Assembly: GCA_963977015.1 (NCBI GenBank)
Contig: CAXBMO010000017.1
Location: 1-64,000 of the forward strand
DNA length: 64,000 nucleotides
Reading direction: 5' to 3'
Source: an uncultured bacterium
GTDB lineage: Bacteria > Verrucomicrobiota > Verrucomicrobiia > Verrucomicrobiales > DEV007
Part shown: one piece after another, positions 28,528 through 40,036 of the stretch
How the letters are laid out: every line of letters begins with the position of its first letter
How positions within the stretch are numbered: position 1 is the stretch's first letter
Translations under genes and position numbers: made by a program
Notes under the pieces: generated by a model
What the model was told of the DNA's origin: nothing
The model's database searches: none
What the model saw: the letters and a program-made list of their open reading frames with translations, nothing else

Positions 28528-29136
28528 ATGATTGGGAATTGGAGATTTTTGACGGGGTGGCTCCTTCTTGTGATCACTCCAGGTTTGAGTGCCGCTGAGT
28601 TGAACCTCGTTGACGGCAGAATCCTGATTTGTCAGGGCCTGAGCTACAACGAGGATGGCGCAACGGTGATTTTGGCAGACAAGCCACCGCAACTGGTCCC
28701 ATGGACCCTGATTGCCCCGAATTCATTGCGTGATGAGCACCGTCAACTTCAGCGCTCATTGATCGAAAACCAGCTTCAATCCGCCAGGAAGTTCGCAAAA
28801 CAGGACCCCGCCCGCGCCAATCGCCTGATTCTCAGTCTTCGGCCGTTCATGGAAAGTGTCGATGACAGCATTCGAGAATCCTATCAATGGATTGAAGCGC
28901 AGGCCTATGTGGCGAGCAAAGGAAATCGCGTGGAGGAACCTCCATCACCTCCTCCACCGTCGCCCGTCAACGAAGAGAACCCCGTCACCAAGAAAACGCT
29001 GATGGACTCGATCAACGAGGCGAAGAGCGCATTCCTCGAAAAACCGCTTTGGCAGAAGTTGGTGATTCCAGCAGCCATCCTGGCACTGCTTGTCTTCCTC
29101 TCAATTCAACGCGCCCGCCGTCGAAACCGTTCCTAA
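28528..29136 (+). CDS. Hypothetical exported protein with C-terminal membrane anchor
   Basis: Signal peptide, Pro-rich linker, C-terminal TM segment followed by RARRRNRS. Confidence 0.7.
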   Translation: MIGNWRFLTGWLLLVITPGLSAAELNLVDGRILICQGLSYNEDGATVILADKPPQLVPWTLIAPNSLRDEHRQLQRSLIENQLQSARKFAKQDPARANRLILSLRPFMESVDDSIRESYQWIEAQAYVASKGNRVEEPPSPPPPSPVNEENPVTKKTLMDSINEAKSAFLEKPLWQKLVIPAAILALLVFLSIQRARRRNRS

Positions 29137-29251
29137 AACCGGCCCCCGCCAAGTTCGTGTTTACGAGCCTTGAGACCTTCTCACAAAGCCTCGAACCGCA
29201 TTTTCAATCGGGAAAAGCGCAGTATCTCAAGATCATGCGAAGCCAATCCCC

Positions 29252-30523
29252 CTAGCTCTCCAGCACATTCGACGACGCCAAATGCTCTTCCTCGCCAACC
29301 GGTTTCCCCAGCGAAGGAAGGACGGTCCGGACCCGGAGACCTTTCGGATCCTTCATGTTCTTGAGCAGAAGGTTGCCGTGGTGCTGGCTGAGGATGCTTT
29401 TGACAATCGCAAGGCCCAGCCCCGTTCCCTCCCCTCTCGGTTTGGTGGTGAAGAACGGGTCGGTAACCTTGTTGATCACTTCCTCGGAAATGCCGGGACC
29501 GGTGTCGCGAATATCGATCGTGACGACGTCGGCCTGCATCTCCGGTCGTGGCGAACCAACCCCGCCCTCGCGGAGAATTTGGGCGCCAGGATTCAGGGCG
29601 GTGCTGATTCGCAGCTTGCCGCCATGCCCCATCGCCTGCACGGCATTGGTCATGATATTGATGAGCACTTCCTCGATTTTCTCCGCGTCGATTGAGACCA
29701 ACGGAAGCCCCTCTTCCAGATCAATTTCCAGCTCTGTTTTGGAGAGGTGAAATTCAAACTGCACCTTTTCAATGGATTGGCTCACGACTCGATTGATGTC
29801 CCGTTGTTCCAATTCAAGGGTGGATTCCCGGGCAAAGTCGAGCATGCCTGAAATGGTCTTGTTCGCGCGCTGGATCGCGTTGCGCATCAGATTGAGGCGA
29901 GCCTGAGCGCGGTCATCCCCCGGCTCAAACTTGGTGCGGAAGAAGTCGTAGATCGCCTGGAGAACGGCGAGCGGGTTCTTGACCTCGTGAGCGATCCCGG
30001 CAGCCATGCGACCGAGCGATTCGAGCTTTTCTGCCCGAATCAAGGCTAGTTCAGCGGCGGAGAGCTTCTCGTTGGTGGCTTTCAGCTCCCGGCTGAGCCG
30101 ACGGGATCGCTGATCGGCGTGATGACGGCCGCGGGCATAGAGAATGGAACGCCCAAGCAACTCCCCACTCAGCGCGCTCTTGGGAATGAAATCCTGGGCA
30201 CCGCGCCTGAGGAGTCGAACACCCAACTCGCTGTCGTCGATTCCAGTGAGCACGATAATGACGGCGTCGTGAACACAGGTCCGGAGATCGAGGAAGGTTT
30301 CCTCTCCCTTGGAATCGGGCAGATTGAGATCAACAAGGACCACGTTGAACGCGGTTTTAGCGGTTTCAAACATGCGCCGTCCTTCCGCCAACGATTTGGC
30401 GCACTCCATCGTGAACACCGGGAAATTTGGCAACTGGGACAGCATGTCCTTCACGAGATCGTAATCCGCCCGGTTGTCCTCGATGTAAAGGATCCTCAGT
30501 TTAGCCGTTGTTGCCTTGCTCAT
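29252..30523 (-). CDS. Hybrid receiver-histidine kinase
   Basis: IEDN, VDLNLPD, AHEVKNPL, NAVQA, DTGPG, PFFTTK, GTGLGL. Confidence 0.92.
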   Translation of the reverse strand: MSKATTAKLRILYIEDNRADYDLVKDMLSQLPNFPVFTMECAKSLAEGRRMFETAKTAFNVVLVDLNLPDSKGEETFLDLRTCVHDAVIIVLTGIDDSELGVRLLRRGAQDFIPKSALSGELLGRSILYARGRHHADQRSRRLSRELKATNEKLSAAELALIRAEKLESLGRMAAGIAHEVKNPLAVLQAIYDFFRTKFEPGDDRAQARLNLMRNAIQRANKTISGMLDFARESTLELEQRDINRVVSQSIEKVQFEFHLSKTELEIDLEEGLPLVSIDAEKIEEVLINIMTNAVQAMGHGGKLRISTALNPGAQILREGGVGSPRPEMQADVVTIDIRDTGPGISEEVINKVTDPFFTTKPRGEGTGLGLAIVKSILSQHHGNLLLKNMKDPKGLRVRTVLPSLGKPVGEEEHLASSNVLES

Positions 30524-30873
30524 TTTGCGGGATTTCCTTGAAAGTGCATGGGAGCCGTCCCGCCCGTCATGACGGCGGGAGGTCGCAAGCCAAAAGCCCG
30601 TGAGGGTTCAAGGTCTATATGATGCCTGCCCATAATTCTAAGTGTAGACGACCGTAGTGACCCAATGCGGGAATTCAATGAGAGATAGTGCCTAGAATTT
30701 AACAACTTTGTCACAAAATTAGGCAACCGAGAGGAAAGCAGATTCCGGGCCAAGCCAAAGCCAACTCTCACATTTGCTCAATTGCCAATCCCCTCGGATT
30801 TGCGAGAAAGATCTGGTCTTCCCTACGCATTTTTTGTACTGTGTTTCAAGGCTGGTGGCTTCCAATCTGACCT

Positions 30874-32085
30874 ATGGCATTACCCGTTCCATCTCGAATC
30901 CTGATTGTCGATGACAATCGCGTCAACCGGCGTGTGCTGGAGTCGACCGTGACGGGAGCGAACCACATCCCGGTTCTGGCGAAAAATGGTTTCGAATGCC
31001 TCGACGCGTTGGAAGCAGCCGATCAGGGTTCCGCGCCCCCGATTGACATGGTTCTTCTCGACATCATGATGCCCGATCTGGACGGAATGGAGGTTCTCGA
31101 ACGCATCCGTCGCACCAAACCACCACTGGAGCTTCCCGTGATTATGGTGACCGCGAAGGAACACCCGGAAGATATCGTCGCGGCATTGCGGGCGAAGGCC
31201 AACGACTATGTGACAAAGCCGATCGATCTGGATGTGTTGTTGGTCAGGGTGGAGACTCACCTCGATCTGAAGCGGACCCATCACGCCCTGGTCGCCGCGC
31301 AAACGGCGCTGCTCGAGGCCGGAAAATTGGAGAGCGTGGGATTTCTCGCCGCCGGCGTAGCCCACGAAATTCGCAACCCCTTGGCTCAGCTGCAGATGGG
31401 AATTGATGCGATCACCCGATTTTCGTCCAAACCGACAGCCCAGGAGGCCGATCCCCGCATTGCCCAGATTCTCGAATCGATGCACCAATCCGTGGAGCAA
31501 GCGAATACCATCGTGAGCGACCTTTTGACGTATGCCGAATCCAAGCGCCTGCAAACCCAGGATCAGGATTTGAATACCCTGGTCCAGGAGACGCTTTCGC
31601 TTCTGGAAAGCGAAGTTGAACGAAATGGCACGACGCTCCAATTCAAGTTGGCCGAGACCGGGGTAACGACCAATGTTGCGGTCGAGGAATTGAAGCAGGT
31701 GTTGGTGAACGTTCTGTTGAATGCGCTTCAGGCCATGCCCGACGGAGGCACGCTGACCATTGCAACCCAGGAACAAATCGTCGAAGGGTTGACACACAAT
31801 CAGGGCACCCGTTCCGGCGCACACCTTAGAAATGGGGATCTGGCAGCCTGCATTGAAGTCACCGACACGGGTTCAGGAATCTCGCCAGAAGACCTTTCCC
31901 GGGTCTACGATCCATTTTTCACCAGTCGCCCCACCGGCAAAGGAACCGGCCTGGGGTTGACCGTCGCACGGAAGCTCCTCGAATTGCAGGGCGGGCAAAT
32001 TCAAGTTTCCAATCGCGATGATGGCCCTCGGGGAGTTCGCGTCCGTATTCTCTTGAAGAAGAAAAAGTCGTTCTCCGTTATCTAG
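30874..32085 (+). CDS. Hybrid receiver-histidine kinase
   Basis: VDDN, LDIMMP, YVTKP, AHEIRNPL, DTGSG, GTGLGL. Confidence 0.92.
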   Translation: MALPVPSRILIVDDNRVNRRVLESTVTGANHIPVLAKNGFECLDALEAADQGSAPPIDMVLLDIMMPDLDGMEVLERIRRTKPPLELPVIMVTAKEHPEDIVAALRAKANDYVTKPIDLDVLLVRVETHLDLKRTHHALVAAQTALLEAGKLESVGFLAAGVAHEIRNPLAQLQMGIDAITRFSSKPTAQEADPRIAQILESMHQSVEQANTIVSDLLTYAESKRLQTQDQDLNTLVQETLSLLESEVERNGTTLQFKLAETGVTTNVAVEELKQVLVNVLLNALQAMPDGGTLTIATQEQIVEGLTHNQGTRSGAHLRNGDLAACIEVTDTGSGISPEDLSRVYDPFFTSRPTGKGTGLGLTVARKLLELQGGQIQVSNRDDGPRGVRVRILLKKKKSFSVI

Positions 32086-32118
32086 CTGATTTCAACAGGA
32101 GCTCTGGATCCCTCAGCC

Positions 32119-35100
32119 ATGCATCCCAACACCAAAGACAAACTTGGCCGAACGCTGACTGGCCGGTTCATGGTTTATGCAATCGCGAGCGTGCTGATCG
32201 TCAGCGCTCTGGTTGCGTGGGTCGGGATGATGCCGCTCTACCGCGAGTTGCTGCGAAACCAGGAGCAGAACCTCGCATTTGGCGCGCACACAAGAGCCCA
32301 AACGCTTGATCAACTCCTGTCCAACAAGATCGACGTTGCGCTGCAAATCACAGGCCGGACGCAAGCACGCCTTGCGCTGGAACGCTACAATCAGGGCGAG
32401 TTGGATCTTGAATCTCTCCAGGAATTCAGTGAGCCCATCCTTCTCGACGCCTTGGCGATGTCTGAAAATGTGGCGGGCATTACCCGCTTGGATGATGACG
32501 CAAAACTGGCCATAACGGTAGGTAGACCAGTTCCCGAATCCTATTGGCAGGCGGTGGCCAGCGACAACGACGCAACCCAACTACGCGGCCCGGTGGAAAT
32601 TGAGGACGAGGAATACCTCCTGATTTCCACCCCCATTCTGGATCGTGACTCAAACCGGGCAGGCACGGACATTGTGGTTTTCGGACTCAAATCTCTCCAC
32701 GCTCTGATTCGCGACTATTCCGGTCTGGGAAAAAGTGGGGAGTTGATTGTGGCAGTCACCACGGTCGACGGAAACCGGCGGCTCCTCGCTCCGCTGCGGG
32801 ACGGAAGCAGACCTGATCTTGATGGGTCCGCGATTGGCCAAGCCATTGCCAAAGGCTTAAACGGAGAATTGGGAACCCTGGAAGCATCCGAGACGCAGAA
32901 CCATACCATCCTCTCCTATCACCCCATCAACCATGCGCCTTGGGTTGCGATCCTCAAGATGGATCGCAGCGAGCTCTATCAGAATATCCGTCAAAAACTC
33001 TCCGGCCTAACCCTTTTCATCCTGATCCTCAGCTTAATGGGAGCGGGAGGCGCCGTCGTCTTACTCAATCCCCTTGCCGGTAAAGTGATCGTCAAGACGG
33101 ATGAGATGAAGGACGAGATCTCGCGAAAGACGTCCGAACTTGAAGAGGCGAATCGCGTCCTCGAATCCTTCTTCCATGTTTCGCTCGACATGCTTTGTAT
33201 CGCTGGAGTTGACAGCTACTTCAAGCGGGTCAATCCCGCGTTTGAGGAGACACTCGGCTTCAGCCAGGACGAACTTCTCGCAAAACCGTTCATCGACTTC
33301 GTTCACCCGGACGACCGCAGATCAACGACGAAAGCCGTTCAGAAACTCGCTTCCGGGAATACCGTGATCTCCTTTGAGAATCGCTACCTCCACAAGGATG
33401 GAACTTATCGCTGGATCGAGTGGAATGCCGCACCTGACGAGACCAGTGGCTGGATTTACGCCGCAGCCCGAGACATCACCCAACGGAAAACCAACGAAGA
33501 AAATTTGCGGGCAGCCAAGCACGAGGCGGAGGAGGCCAATCACGCCAAGAGTGAGTTCCTCGCGAACATGAGCCACGAGATCCGCACGCCGATGAACGGC
33601 ATCCTCGGCATGACCGAGCTCCTGCTCCACACGCCGCTGACTCCGGAGCAAAACGAGTATGGCAGGATGGCTTACCAATCGGCTGAGAATCTCCTCAGGC
33701 TGCTCAACGACATACTCGACTTCTCCAAGATTGAAGCCGGTAAACTGGAATTGGCGCCACACACGTTTCAACTTCGCGACTCGATTGGTGACACCCTGCA
33801 AACCCTGGCCCTCACCGCACAAGAGAAAGGTTTGGAACTGGCATTTCACATCGATTCGGACGTGCCGGACCGATTAACCGGCGACCTCAGCCGCCTCAGA
33901 CAAGTGCTCGTCAATTTGATTGGCAACGCGATCAAATTCACCCGTCAGGGAGAAGTCGTTGTCGAGATTTCTTCCGAAGAAGCCATCGAAGGATTCACCG
34001 TTCTTCACGTTTCGGTTCGCGACACGGGCATCGGAATTCCCAAGGACAAACTGGGCAGAATTTTCGAGTCGTTCACGCAAGGGGATACCTCAACGACCCG
34101 CACCTTTGGGGGCACCGGACTGGGACTCGCGATATCCCGCGAAATTGTCGCCATGATGGACGGGGAGATTTCCGTTGATAGTGAAACCGGCAAGGGTTCG
34201 GTCTTTCAGTTTTCAGCAAGATTTGGGGTGGACACTGAAACCTTCAGGAAACTGAACGCCCCGGAATCGCTACACCATGTGCCAGTCCTGGCGGTTGACG
34301 ACAATGCTACGAACCTCCGGATCCTAACGGCAATCCTGGAAAGTTGGAAGATGAAACCGGTTGGAGTGACCAGCGGAAGCGAGGCACTCGAGGCACTGAA
34401 AAAGGCCGACAAGGAGGGGAAACCGTTTCGAGTGGTATTGCTCGACTACATGATGCCGGGAATGGACGGAATGGAATTGGCGGTTCGGATTCAGGATCTC
34501 AACCTCAAACCGAATCCGAAGCTGATGTTGCTTTCCTCCGCAGGAAGCCAGACGTTTGAACCTGGTGTCAAGCTTGAACGTTGTCTTAGCAAACCCATCA
34601 AACCCTCAAGCCTGCTCGATGCGATCGTGAGTAGTCTCGGATTCACCTCGCGCGAAAAATCTGGAGTCCCCACCATTAAGTCGGGAGCCGACCTTCCTCC
34701 TCTCAACGTGTTGGTAGTGGAGGACAATCGGGTCAATCAGGACGTTGCCGCCCGTTTTCTGCAGCGTCGCGGCCACAAGGTTACGATCGACTCCAACGGT
34801 AAAGAAGCGCTCGACCGGCTGGAAACCGAACATGACTTCGACCTGATCCTCATGGACGTTCAGATGCCGGTGATGGGTGGCCTGGATGCTACGAAAGCGA
34901 TTCGTGAGAAAGAACAAAAGGCCGGTAAAGGCGATCACCTTCCCATCGTTGCGATGACCGCTCATGCCATGACCGGCGATCGCGAAAAATGCCTGGAAGC
35001 AGGGATGGACGGCTATGTGGCAAAACCTCTCCAATCAGCCGCCCTGTTTCGGGCGATTTCCGACACCCTCGGTTTCACCGATGCCGAAAAGGCGGCGGCT

Positions 35101-35514
35101 CAGGAAGCCCCGCCGGACGAAGATACCAATACGCTGAAATTCTCTCAAGAAGAAGTGTTCGACGCGGACGCGTTTCAGAAACGCCTTGGCAAGCTGGAGT
35201 TGATGCAAGAGTTGGTCAGCTACTTCTTCGAGGACTCGGCGGAATACCTCAGAGAAATTGATGCGGCTTTTTCCCGAAATGATCTCACGGCATTGCAGCA
35301 CTCCGCTCATGCCCTCAAAGGATTGGTCGGGAACTATGCGTCACCGGTATCACTTCGTTTGGCCGCAAATCTCACGAACCAAGCCAAAGCTGGCAACTTG
35401 GAGGGTGCGCGGAAGTGGGATGTTCCCCTGAGAAAGGCGATAGAGTCGCTCGGTGACGCCTTGACGGAGTTCATCGAGACAAAGTGCGGATCGAAAGAAA
35501 AAGAGTCGGCCTAA
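32119..35514 (+). CDS. Membrane hybrid sensor kinase (PAS, HisKA, HATPase, two receivers, Hpt)
   Basis: Two TM segments, [40 protein letters not shown]. Confidence 0.95.
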   Translation: MHPNTKDKLGRTLTGRFMVYAIASVLIVSALVAWVGMMPLYRELLRNQEQNLAFGAHTRAQTLDQLLSNKIDVALQITGRTQARLALERYNQGELDLESLQEFSEPILLDALAMSENVAGITRLDDDAKLAITVGRPVPESYWQAVASDNDATQLRGPVEIEDEEYLLISTPILDRDSNRAGTDIVVFGLKSLHALIRDYSGLGKSGELIVAVTTVDGNRRLLAPLRDGSRPDLDGSAIGQAIAKGLNGELGTLEASETQNHTILSYHPINHAPWVAILKMDRSELYQNIRQKLSGLTLFILILSLMGAGGAVVLLNPLAGKVIVKTDEMKDEISRKTSELEEANRVLESFFHVSLDMLCIAGVDSYFKRVNPAFEETLGFSQDELLAKPFIDFVHPDDRRSTTKAVQKLASGNTVISFENRYLHKDGTYRWIEWNAAPDETSGWIYAAARDITQRKTNEENLRAAKHEAEEANHAKSEFLANMSHEIRTPMNGILGMTELLLHTPLTPEQNEYGRMAYQSAENLLRLLNDILDFSKIEAGKLELAPHTFQLRDSIGDTLQTLALTAQEKGLELAFHIDSDVPDRLTGDLSRLRQVLVNLIGNAIKFTRQGEVVVEISSEEAIEGFTVLHVSVRDTGIGIPKDKLGRIFESFTQGDTSTTRTFGGTGLGLAISREIVAMMDGEISVDSETGKGSVFQFSARFGVDTETFRKLNAPESLHHVPVLAVDDNATNLRILTAILESWKMKPVGVTSGSEALEALKKADKEGKPFRVVLLDYMMPGMDGMELAVRIQDLNLKPNPKLMLLSSAGSQTFEPGVKLERCLSKPIKPSSLLDAIVSSLGFTSREKSGVPTIKSGADLPPLNVLVVEDNRVNQDVAARFLQRRGHKVTIDSNGKEALDRLETEHDFDLILMDVQMPVMGGLDATKAIREKEQKAGKGDHLPIVAMTAHAMTGDREKCLEAGMDGYVAKPLQSAALFRAISDTLGFTDAEKAAAQEAPPDEDTNTLKFSQEEVFDADAFQKRLGKLELMQELVSYFFEDSAEYLREIDAAFSRNDLTALQHSAHALKGLVGNYASPVSLRLAANLTNQAKAGNLEGARKWDVPLRKAIESLGDALTEFIETKCGSKEKESA

Positions 35515-35544
35515 CTACCCGCGATAACCAACCTCCAACGTCGG

Positions 35545-35997
35545 CTATCCCTGGCAACCCAGCATCGTATCGACCGCGTCGCCCACCTGCTTCAACCGAA
35601 CACGCCGCGGAAGCAACATGACGCGGTCCTTTTCCTCATAGCCCTGAAACCCGACGAACGGTGAGTAGAGCGGCGAGAGCATAATCGCAGGAAGCACCGG
35701 TTGGAGCCGATAAGCGTCCCGAATTTCAGCGAGAACTTCGCGGCCCGTCATCCCAATCTGGGGTTCCTCCAGAATCAGCAAATCCGGCTTGATCTGTTTA
35801 CAGGCACAGACCGCAGTCTTCGTCGTTTGCGCACAGTAAACGCGGTGCTTTCCTGAAAATTCCAAACCGAATTTCAGGAAACGAACAAACATGGTCTCGC
35901 TGCCCACCAGGAGAATTCGGCCTTCACGACTCGGGCCGATGTCAGGTAGAGGAGTAACCTCATGAGCATGCTTTTTGTCGGGGGTCTCGGTCAGCAT
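35545..35997 (-). CDS. Atypical stand-alone receiver domain protein
   Basis: RILLVGSE, PDLLILE, MTGREVL, PAIMLS; conserved Asp and Lys residues altered. Confidence 0.65.
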   Translation of the reverse strand: MLTETPDKKHAHEVTPLPDIGPSREGRILLVGSETMFVRFLKFGLEFSGKHRVYCAQTTKTAVCACKQIKPDLLILEEPQIGMTGREVLAEIRDAYRLQPVLPAIMLSPLYSPFVGFQGYEEKDRVMLLPRRVRLKQVGDAVDTMLGCQG

Positions 35998-36255
35998 ATT
36001 TCTGAGAATCGATCAGGTTAACAATCTACAGATTGTAAGCAGCATTCGTTCCAAGAGCCCTCCAGAGCCCAATTCCGTGACAAATCCTGCCCAACTGTAT
36101 CAATCGTATCATCTCAGTCCCGCGATTGGCAACAAGTGACCAGCCTTATTTCCCTGACTGGCTCAAAACAACCAATCCGGATTCAAGGATTCAAAATTCC
36201 CGGCATCTCCAATTTTGAGCTTTACCCACGCATTCCCAACATCAACGATACGCGG

Positions 36256-36948
36256 ATGCTGTTGGTGCCTTATCGAATCGAAACCTTGGAGCAGGATGTC
36301 CCTTGGGCGAACTGGCTGATCATCGCGGTCTGCACGCTGACCTCGCTCCTCTTTTTTTCCAATGGTCCCACGGAGGAGGATTTCATAACCGGCCGTCATT
36401 GGTCGATTCCCATGATTCTCAATGGATGGAACCCGGTCGGCCTTGTCGGCCACATTTTCCTGCACACCGACATTTTTCACCTGTTGGGAAACATGCTGTT
36501 TCTCTGGGTTTTCGGAAACTCGGTTTGCACCAACATCGGCAACGGGCGGTATCTTCTGCTCTTCCTGTTTGTCACGATCATCGCGGCAATCTTCCACAAC
36601 CTCTTCTCGGGCGGTCTCGCCGTCGGCGCAAGCGGTGCGATCAACGGAGTGGTGGGCGTTGTCCTGGCCCTCTATCCCATCAACCGGGTTCACGTTTGGT
36701 ACCTGTTCTTTTTCAGATTCGGAACCTGGGAGGTTTCCGCCTGGCTCATTATCCTCGTTTGGCTTGCCTTTGACATCTGGGGCGTCATTACAGGTGGAGG
36801 CATGGTCGCCTACTGGGCCCATATCGGCGGATTGATTGCGGGAGTCGGCCTCGGCACCCTGGCCCTGCAAAAAACCTGGGTGATGTTGACGGAATATGAC
36901 AACCGCTCGCTACTTGAGATTCTGACGGGACAGAATTGGAATGAGTAA
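36256..36948 (+). CDS. Rhomboid intramembrane serine protease
   Basis: HLLGNMLFLWVFG, GASGA, AHIGG. Confidence 0.92.
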   Translation: MLLVPYRIETLEQDVPWANWLIIAVCTLTSLLFFSNGPTEEDFITGRHWSIPMILNGWNPVGLVGHIFLHTDIFHLLGNMLFLWVFGNSVCTNIGNGRYLLLFLFVTIIAAIFHNLFSGGLAVGASGAINGVVGVVLALYPINRVHVWYLFFFRFGTWEVSAWLIILVWLAFDIWGVITGGGMVAYWAHIGGLIAGVGLGTLALQKTWVMLTEYDNRSLLEILTGQNWNE

Positions 36949-36973
36949 GCCCGTTGCCGGGTCAAAATTCCCA

Positions 36974-37177
36974 AGGGGGCGTTTGAAAATGATGACGGAC
37001 GCCCAATTGTTCCTCATTTTTGAAGATTGGCTTCGCAGGATCTTGAGATGCGGCGCTTTTCCCGCCTGAAAATGCTGTTCGGGGCTTTGTGAGAAGGCTC
37101 ATCGCCGCCCCGAGCCATCATTCCAAGTCGACAAAATCACTCGCAGCGCGTCTCGGCCTCATTTTCAAACGCGCCCT
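36974..37177. mobile_element. MITE-like element (~204 bp, 19-bp terminal inverted repeats)
   Basis: AGGGGGCGTTTGAAAATGA (36974-36992) versus TCATTTTCAAACGCGCCCT (37159-37177), one mismatch; no transposase inside. Confidence 0.75.
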
Positions 37178-37209
37178 AACAAGTTTCAAAAAATTCGATT
37201 GCAGGTAGG

Positions 37210-37424
37210 CAAACCCTGAGTCCTTGGTTGCCTTCACCCGCTTTGGCGAGTCCCAACTTGATTTTTCCCTTGGTGTTTGGCATGAAAAGAATGACTTTAT
37301 CATGGAGCGAAATTCCTTCCTTCGCGACGTCAAGCCTGGCCTCGAAAAGGCGGGGATTGCAATCCCCTACCCTCACAGAGAGATCCTGATGCCGCCCCCA
37401 AGCGGTCCTGATCCCGAAAAATAG
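37210..37424 (+). pseudogene. C-terminal fragment of an MscS-family gene
   Basis: VAFTRFGESQLDFSLGVW...IAIPYPHRE parallels FVSFGDSSLDFELVVW...IEVPFPQRD of the intact MscS at 41020. Confidence 0.75.
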
Positions 37425-37427
37425 CCC

Positions 37428-37901
37428 ATGGACGACAACCTCTCCCCTACCACCACGCTTCCGGTCATCGGTTGGCGTGAATGGCTCGCCCTCCCCGCTC
37501 TTGGGATTCCCGGCATCAAGGCAAAGATTGACACGGGGGCCCGCAGTTCGGCACTTCATACCAACTCTTTTGAGGTTGAAGATCGCGATGGAGCCCAGTG
37601 GGTGAAATTCCAAATGCATCCCCTGACGCGCACGAATGAAGTTGAGATGACTTGCGAAGCACCGATACTCGAGTTCCGCGACGTCAAAGACTCGGGTGGA
37701 CACGTTGAACACCGCCCATTTATCCGGACAAGAGCCCGGCTCGGCACCTATGAATGGGACGTCGACATGAGCCTCACCAACCGCGAAGGCATGAAGTTTC
37801 GCATGCTGTTGGGGCGCGAAGCCGTTGCGTCAGACTTCTTGATCGATCCCTCAGCCAGTTACATCATCGGACAATCTTTAGCCCACCAATATGGAATCTA
37901 A
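37428..37901 (+). CDS. RimK-associated retropepsin-like protease (RimB/DUF785 type)
   Basis: [25 protein letters not shown]. Confidence 0.9.
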   Translation: MDDNLSPTTTLPVIGWREWLALPALGIPGIKAKIDTGARSSALHTNSFEVEDRDGAQWVKFQMHPLTRTNEVEMTCEAPILEFRDVKDSGGHVEHRPFIRTRARLGTYEWDVDMSLTNREGMKFRMLLGREAVASDFLIDPSASYIIGQSLAHQYGI

Positions 37902-38820
37902 CCCAGCCCCAAAACCCTCACTGCGAATTGGAATTCTCTCTCGAAACCGAAGACTTTATTCCACCGAAAGCCTGGTCAAGGCCTGCGAGAAGCGCGGTCA
38001 TGAGGTGAGGGTCATCGATTATTTGAAATGCCACATGAACATCACGACTCATAAGCCACGGATTTATCTGGGCGATGAGGAGTTGAAGTTTGATGCGGTG
38101 ATTCCGCGGATCGGCGCATCGCGCACGTTTTTCGGCACGGCGGTGGTTCGGCAGTTTGAGATCATGGGCTCCTACAGTGTCAACGAATCCGTCGCCATCA
38201 GCCGGAGCCGCGACAAATTGCGTAGCCTCCAACTTCTCGCTCGCAGGGGGCTCGGGCTTCCGGTTACCGCATTTGCGCACGATACGAGCGCGACGGGTCA
38301 TGTCGTGAAAATCTGTGGTGGCGCCCCCGTCGTCATCAAGCTTTTGGAAGGCACCCAGGGTGTCGGCGTCGTTTTGGCGGAAACCCCCAAGGCGGCCGAA
38401 AGCGTGATTGAGGCGTTTCGCGGACTGGATGCCAACATTCTCGTTCAGGAGTTCATCAAGGAAGCCGGTGGCGCAGATTTTCGTTGTCTGGTTGTTGGCG
38501 ACCGCGTGGTAGCAGCGATGAAACGCCAGGGCAAAGAGGGCGAATTCCGCAGCAACCTTCACCGGGGCGGTTCAGCAGCCATCGCTAAAATTACCCCGGA
38601 AGAGCGCTCAACCGCCGTCCGCGCGGCCAAGGTAATGGGATTGAACGTTGCCGGAGTCGATCTGCTGCGCTCAAACCACGGCCCGGTGATCATGGAAGTG
38701 AATTCATCGCCTGGGCTCGAAGGAATCGAAAGCGCAACCGGCAAAGACGTTTCCGCTTCCATCATCCAGTTCATTGAAAAGCACGTGGCTGACGGAACCC
38801 GGACAAAAGGGAAAGGATGA
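37891..38820 (+). CDS. rimK: Ribosomal protein S6 glutamate ligase
   Basis: [52 protein letters not shown]. Confidence 0.96.
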   Translation: MESNPAPKPSLRIGILSRNRRLYSTESLVKACEKRGHEVRVIDYLKCHMNITTHKPRIYLGDEELKFDAVIPRIGASRTFFGTAVVRQFEIMGSYSVNESVAISRSRDKLRSLQLLARRGLGLPVTAFAHDTSATGHVVKICGGAPVVIKLLEGTQGVGVVLAETPKAAESVIEAFRGLDANILVQEFIKEAGGADFRCLVVGDRVVAAMKRQGKEGEFRSNLHRGGSAAIAKITPEERSTAVRAAKVMGLNVAGVDLLRSNHGPVIMEVNSSPGLEGIESATGKDVSASIIQFIEKHVADGTRTKGKG

Positions 38821-38984
38821 CCGCAGAAGGATTTGAGAAACCGTTAGAATTTGGCCATTCCTCGTTTTTTCCCGGAGATCGAGGCTCGCGTCAAATTCCG
38901 AACAGCAATCTCATCCCCCTCGGGATGGTCGAACTGAATGCTTACGCAAAAACTCGACCACCGACTGGTCCACCCCAAATTTGA
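38817..38984 (+). pseudogene. Possible N-terminal remnant of a succinylglutamate desuccinylase/aspartoacylase gene
   Basis: ATG overlaps the rimK stop; 55 aa with a PG.R....P.S.L.....V.L.......GP pattern like the N-terminus of the gene that often follows rimK. Confidence 0.4.
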
Positions 38985-39006
38985 CGATCCTCTCAAGGAC
39001 TAACCC

Positions 39007-39999
39007 ATGCTACTGACCTGGCTAGCCATCTTTTTCTGCCTCTCTCAATCGGCCATGTTCTCAGGTTTGAACCTGGCCTTCTTCTCACTGGGCCGGCTTA
39101 ATCTGGAGGCGGAAGCACAGCTTGGCTGTCCAAACGCGTTGAAGATTCTGCTTCTGAGAACGCGGTCCAACTTTCTGCTCTGCACCATTCTTTGGGGCAA
39201 TGTTAGTGTCAATGTCGCGCTAGCCATGTTGTCGGACTCCGTCATGACCGGCGTTTTCGCGTTTCTGTTTTCAACCTGCGGAATTACGTTTTTCGGTGAG
39301 ATCGTTCCCCAGGCTTACTTTTCGCGGCATGCCCTCCGGGTGGGAGCGATGCTCGCCCCGGTGATTCGAATCTACCAAATCCTACTCTGGCCCGTGGCGA
39401 GGCCCTGCGCGTGGATTCTGGACCGCTGGATGGGAGAAGAAGGTCCCCTGTTCTTCAAGGAACGCGACTTCGAAGTCTTGCTCGATCGTCATATCAAGGA
39501 GCGTGAAACGGATATCGGCCGCGCAGAGGGACGTGGCGCCCTCAACTTCCTGCGCCTGGACGACCTTCGGGTGAGCGGAGAAGGATCTTCGTTGGACCCG
39601 GACACCGTTTTGCAGATGAGCGATTTGGAAGATCCGGGTTTAGGGGCAAAGTTGCAGGCAAGCCGCTGGAAATGGGCCATTCTCGTGGATGAATTCGGGA
39701 ATCCGGTCCAAGCCCTGAATTCGGACGAATATCTCCGGGCGTTCCAGGATCGTGGCGACAATCCGCATCCGGGCGAGTTTTGCCATTTGCCCATTGTCGT
39801 GACCAACCCGGAAACAACGCTCGATCGTGTCCTCTCGGAATTGGTGGTGGAAAGCGACCGGCCCGACGACCGTCTCATCGACCGGGAAGTGATTCTCTAT
39901 TGGGGCGAAAACACCAAACGGATCATCACCGGCCCGGATTTATTGGGGCGGCTCCTGAATGGAATCGCCCAACGAACGTCCACTGCGGCAAGCCCCTAA
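39007..39999 (+). CDS. DUF21/CNNM domain membrane protein
   Basis: SAMFSGL, LLCTILWGNVSVN, FGEIVPQ. Confidence 0.85.
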   Translation: MLLTWLAIFFCLSQSAMFSGLNLAFFSLGRLNLEAEAQLGCPNALKILLLRTRSNFLLCTILWGNVSVNVALAMLSDSVMTGVFAFLFSTCGITFFGEIVPQAYFSRHALRVGAMLAPVIRIYQILLWPVARPCAWILDRWMGEEGPLFFKERDFEVLLDRHIKERETDIGRAEGRGALNFLRLDDLRVSGEGSSLDPDTVLQMSDLEDPGLGAKLQASRWKWAILVDEFGNPVQALNSDEYLRAFQDRGDNPHPGEFCHLPIVVTNPETTLDRVLSELVVESDRPDDRLIDREVILYWGENTKRIITGPDLLGRLLNGIAQRTSTAASP

Positions 40000-40036
40000 C
40001 CGACCAACCAACCCCCAACTCTCGCTCAACCAGCCC

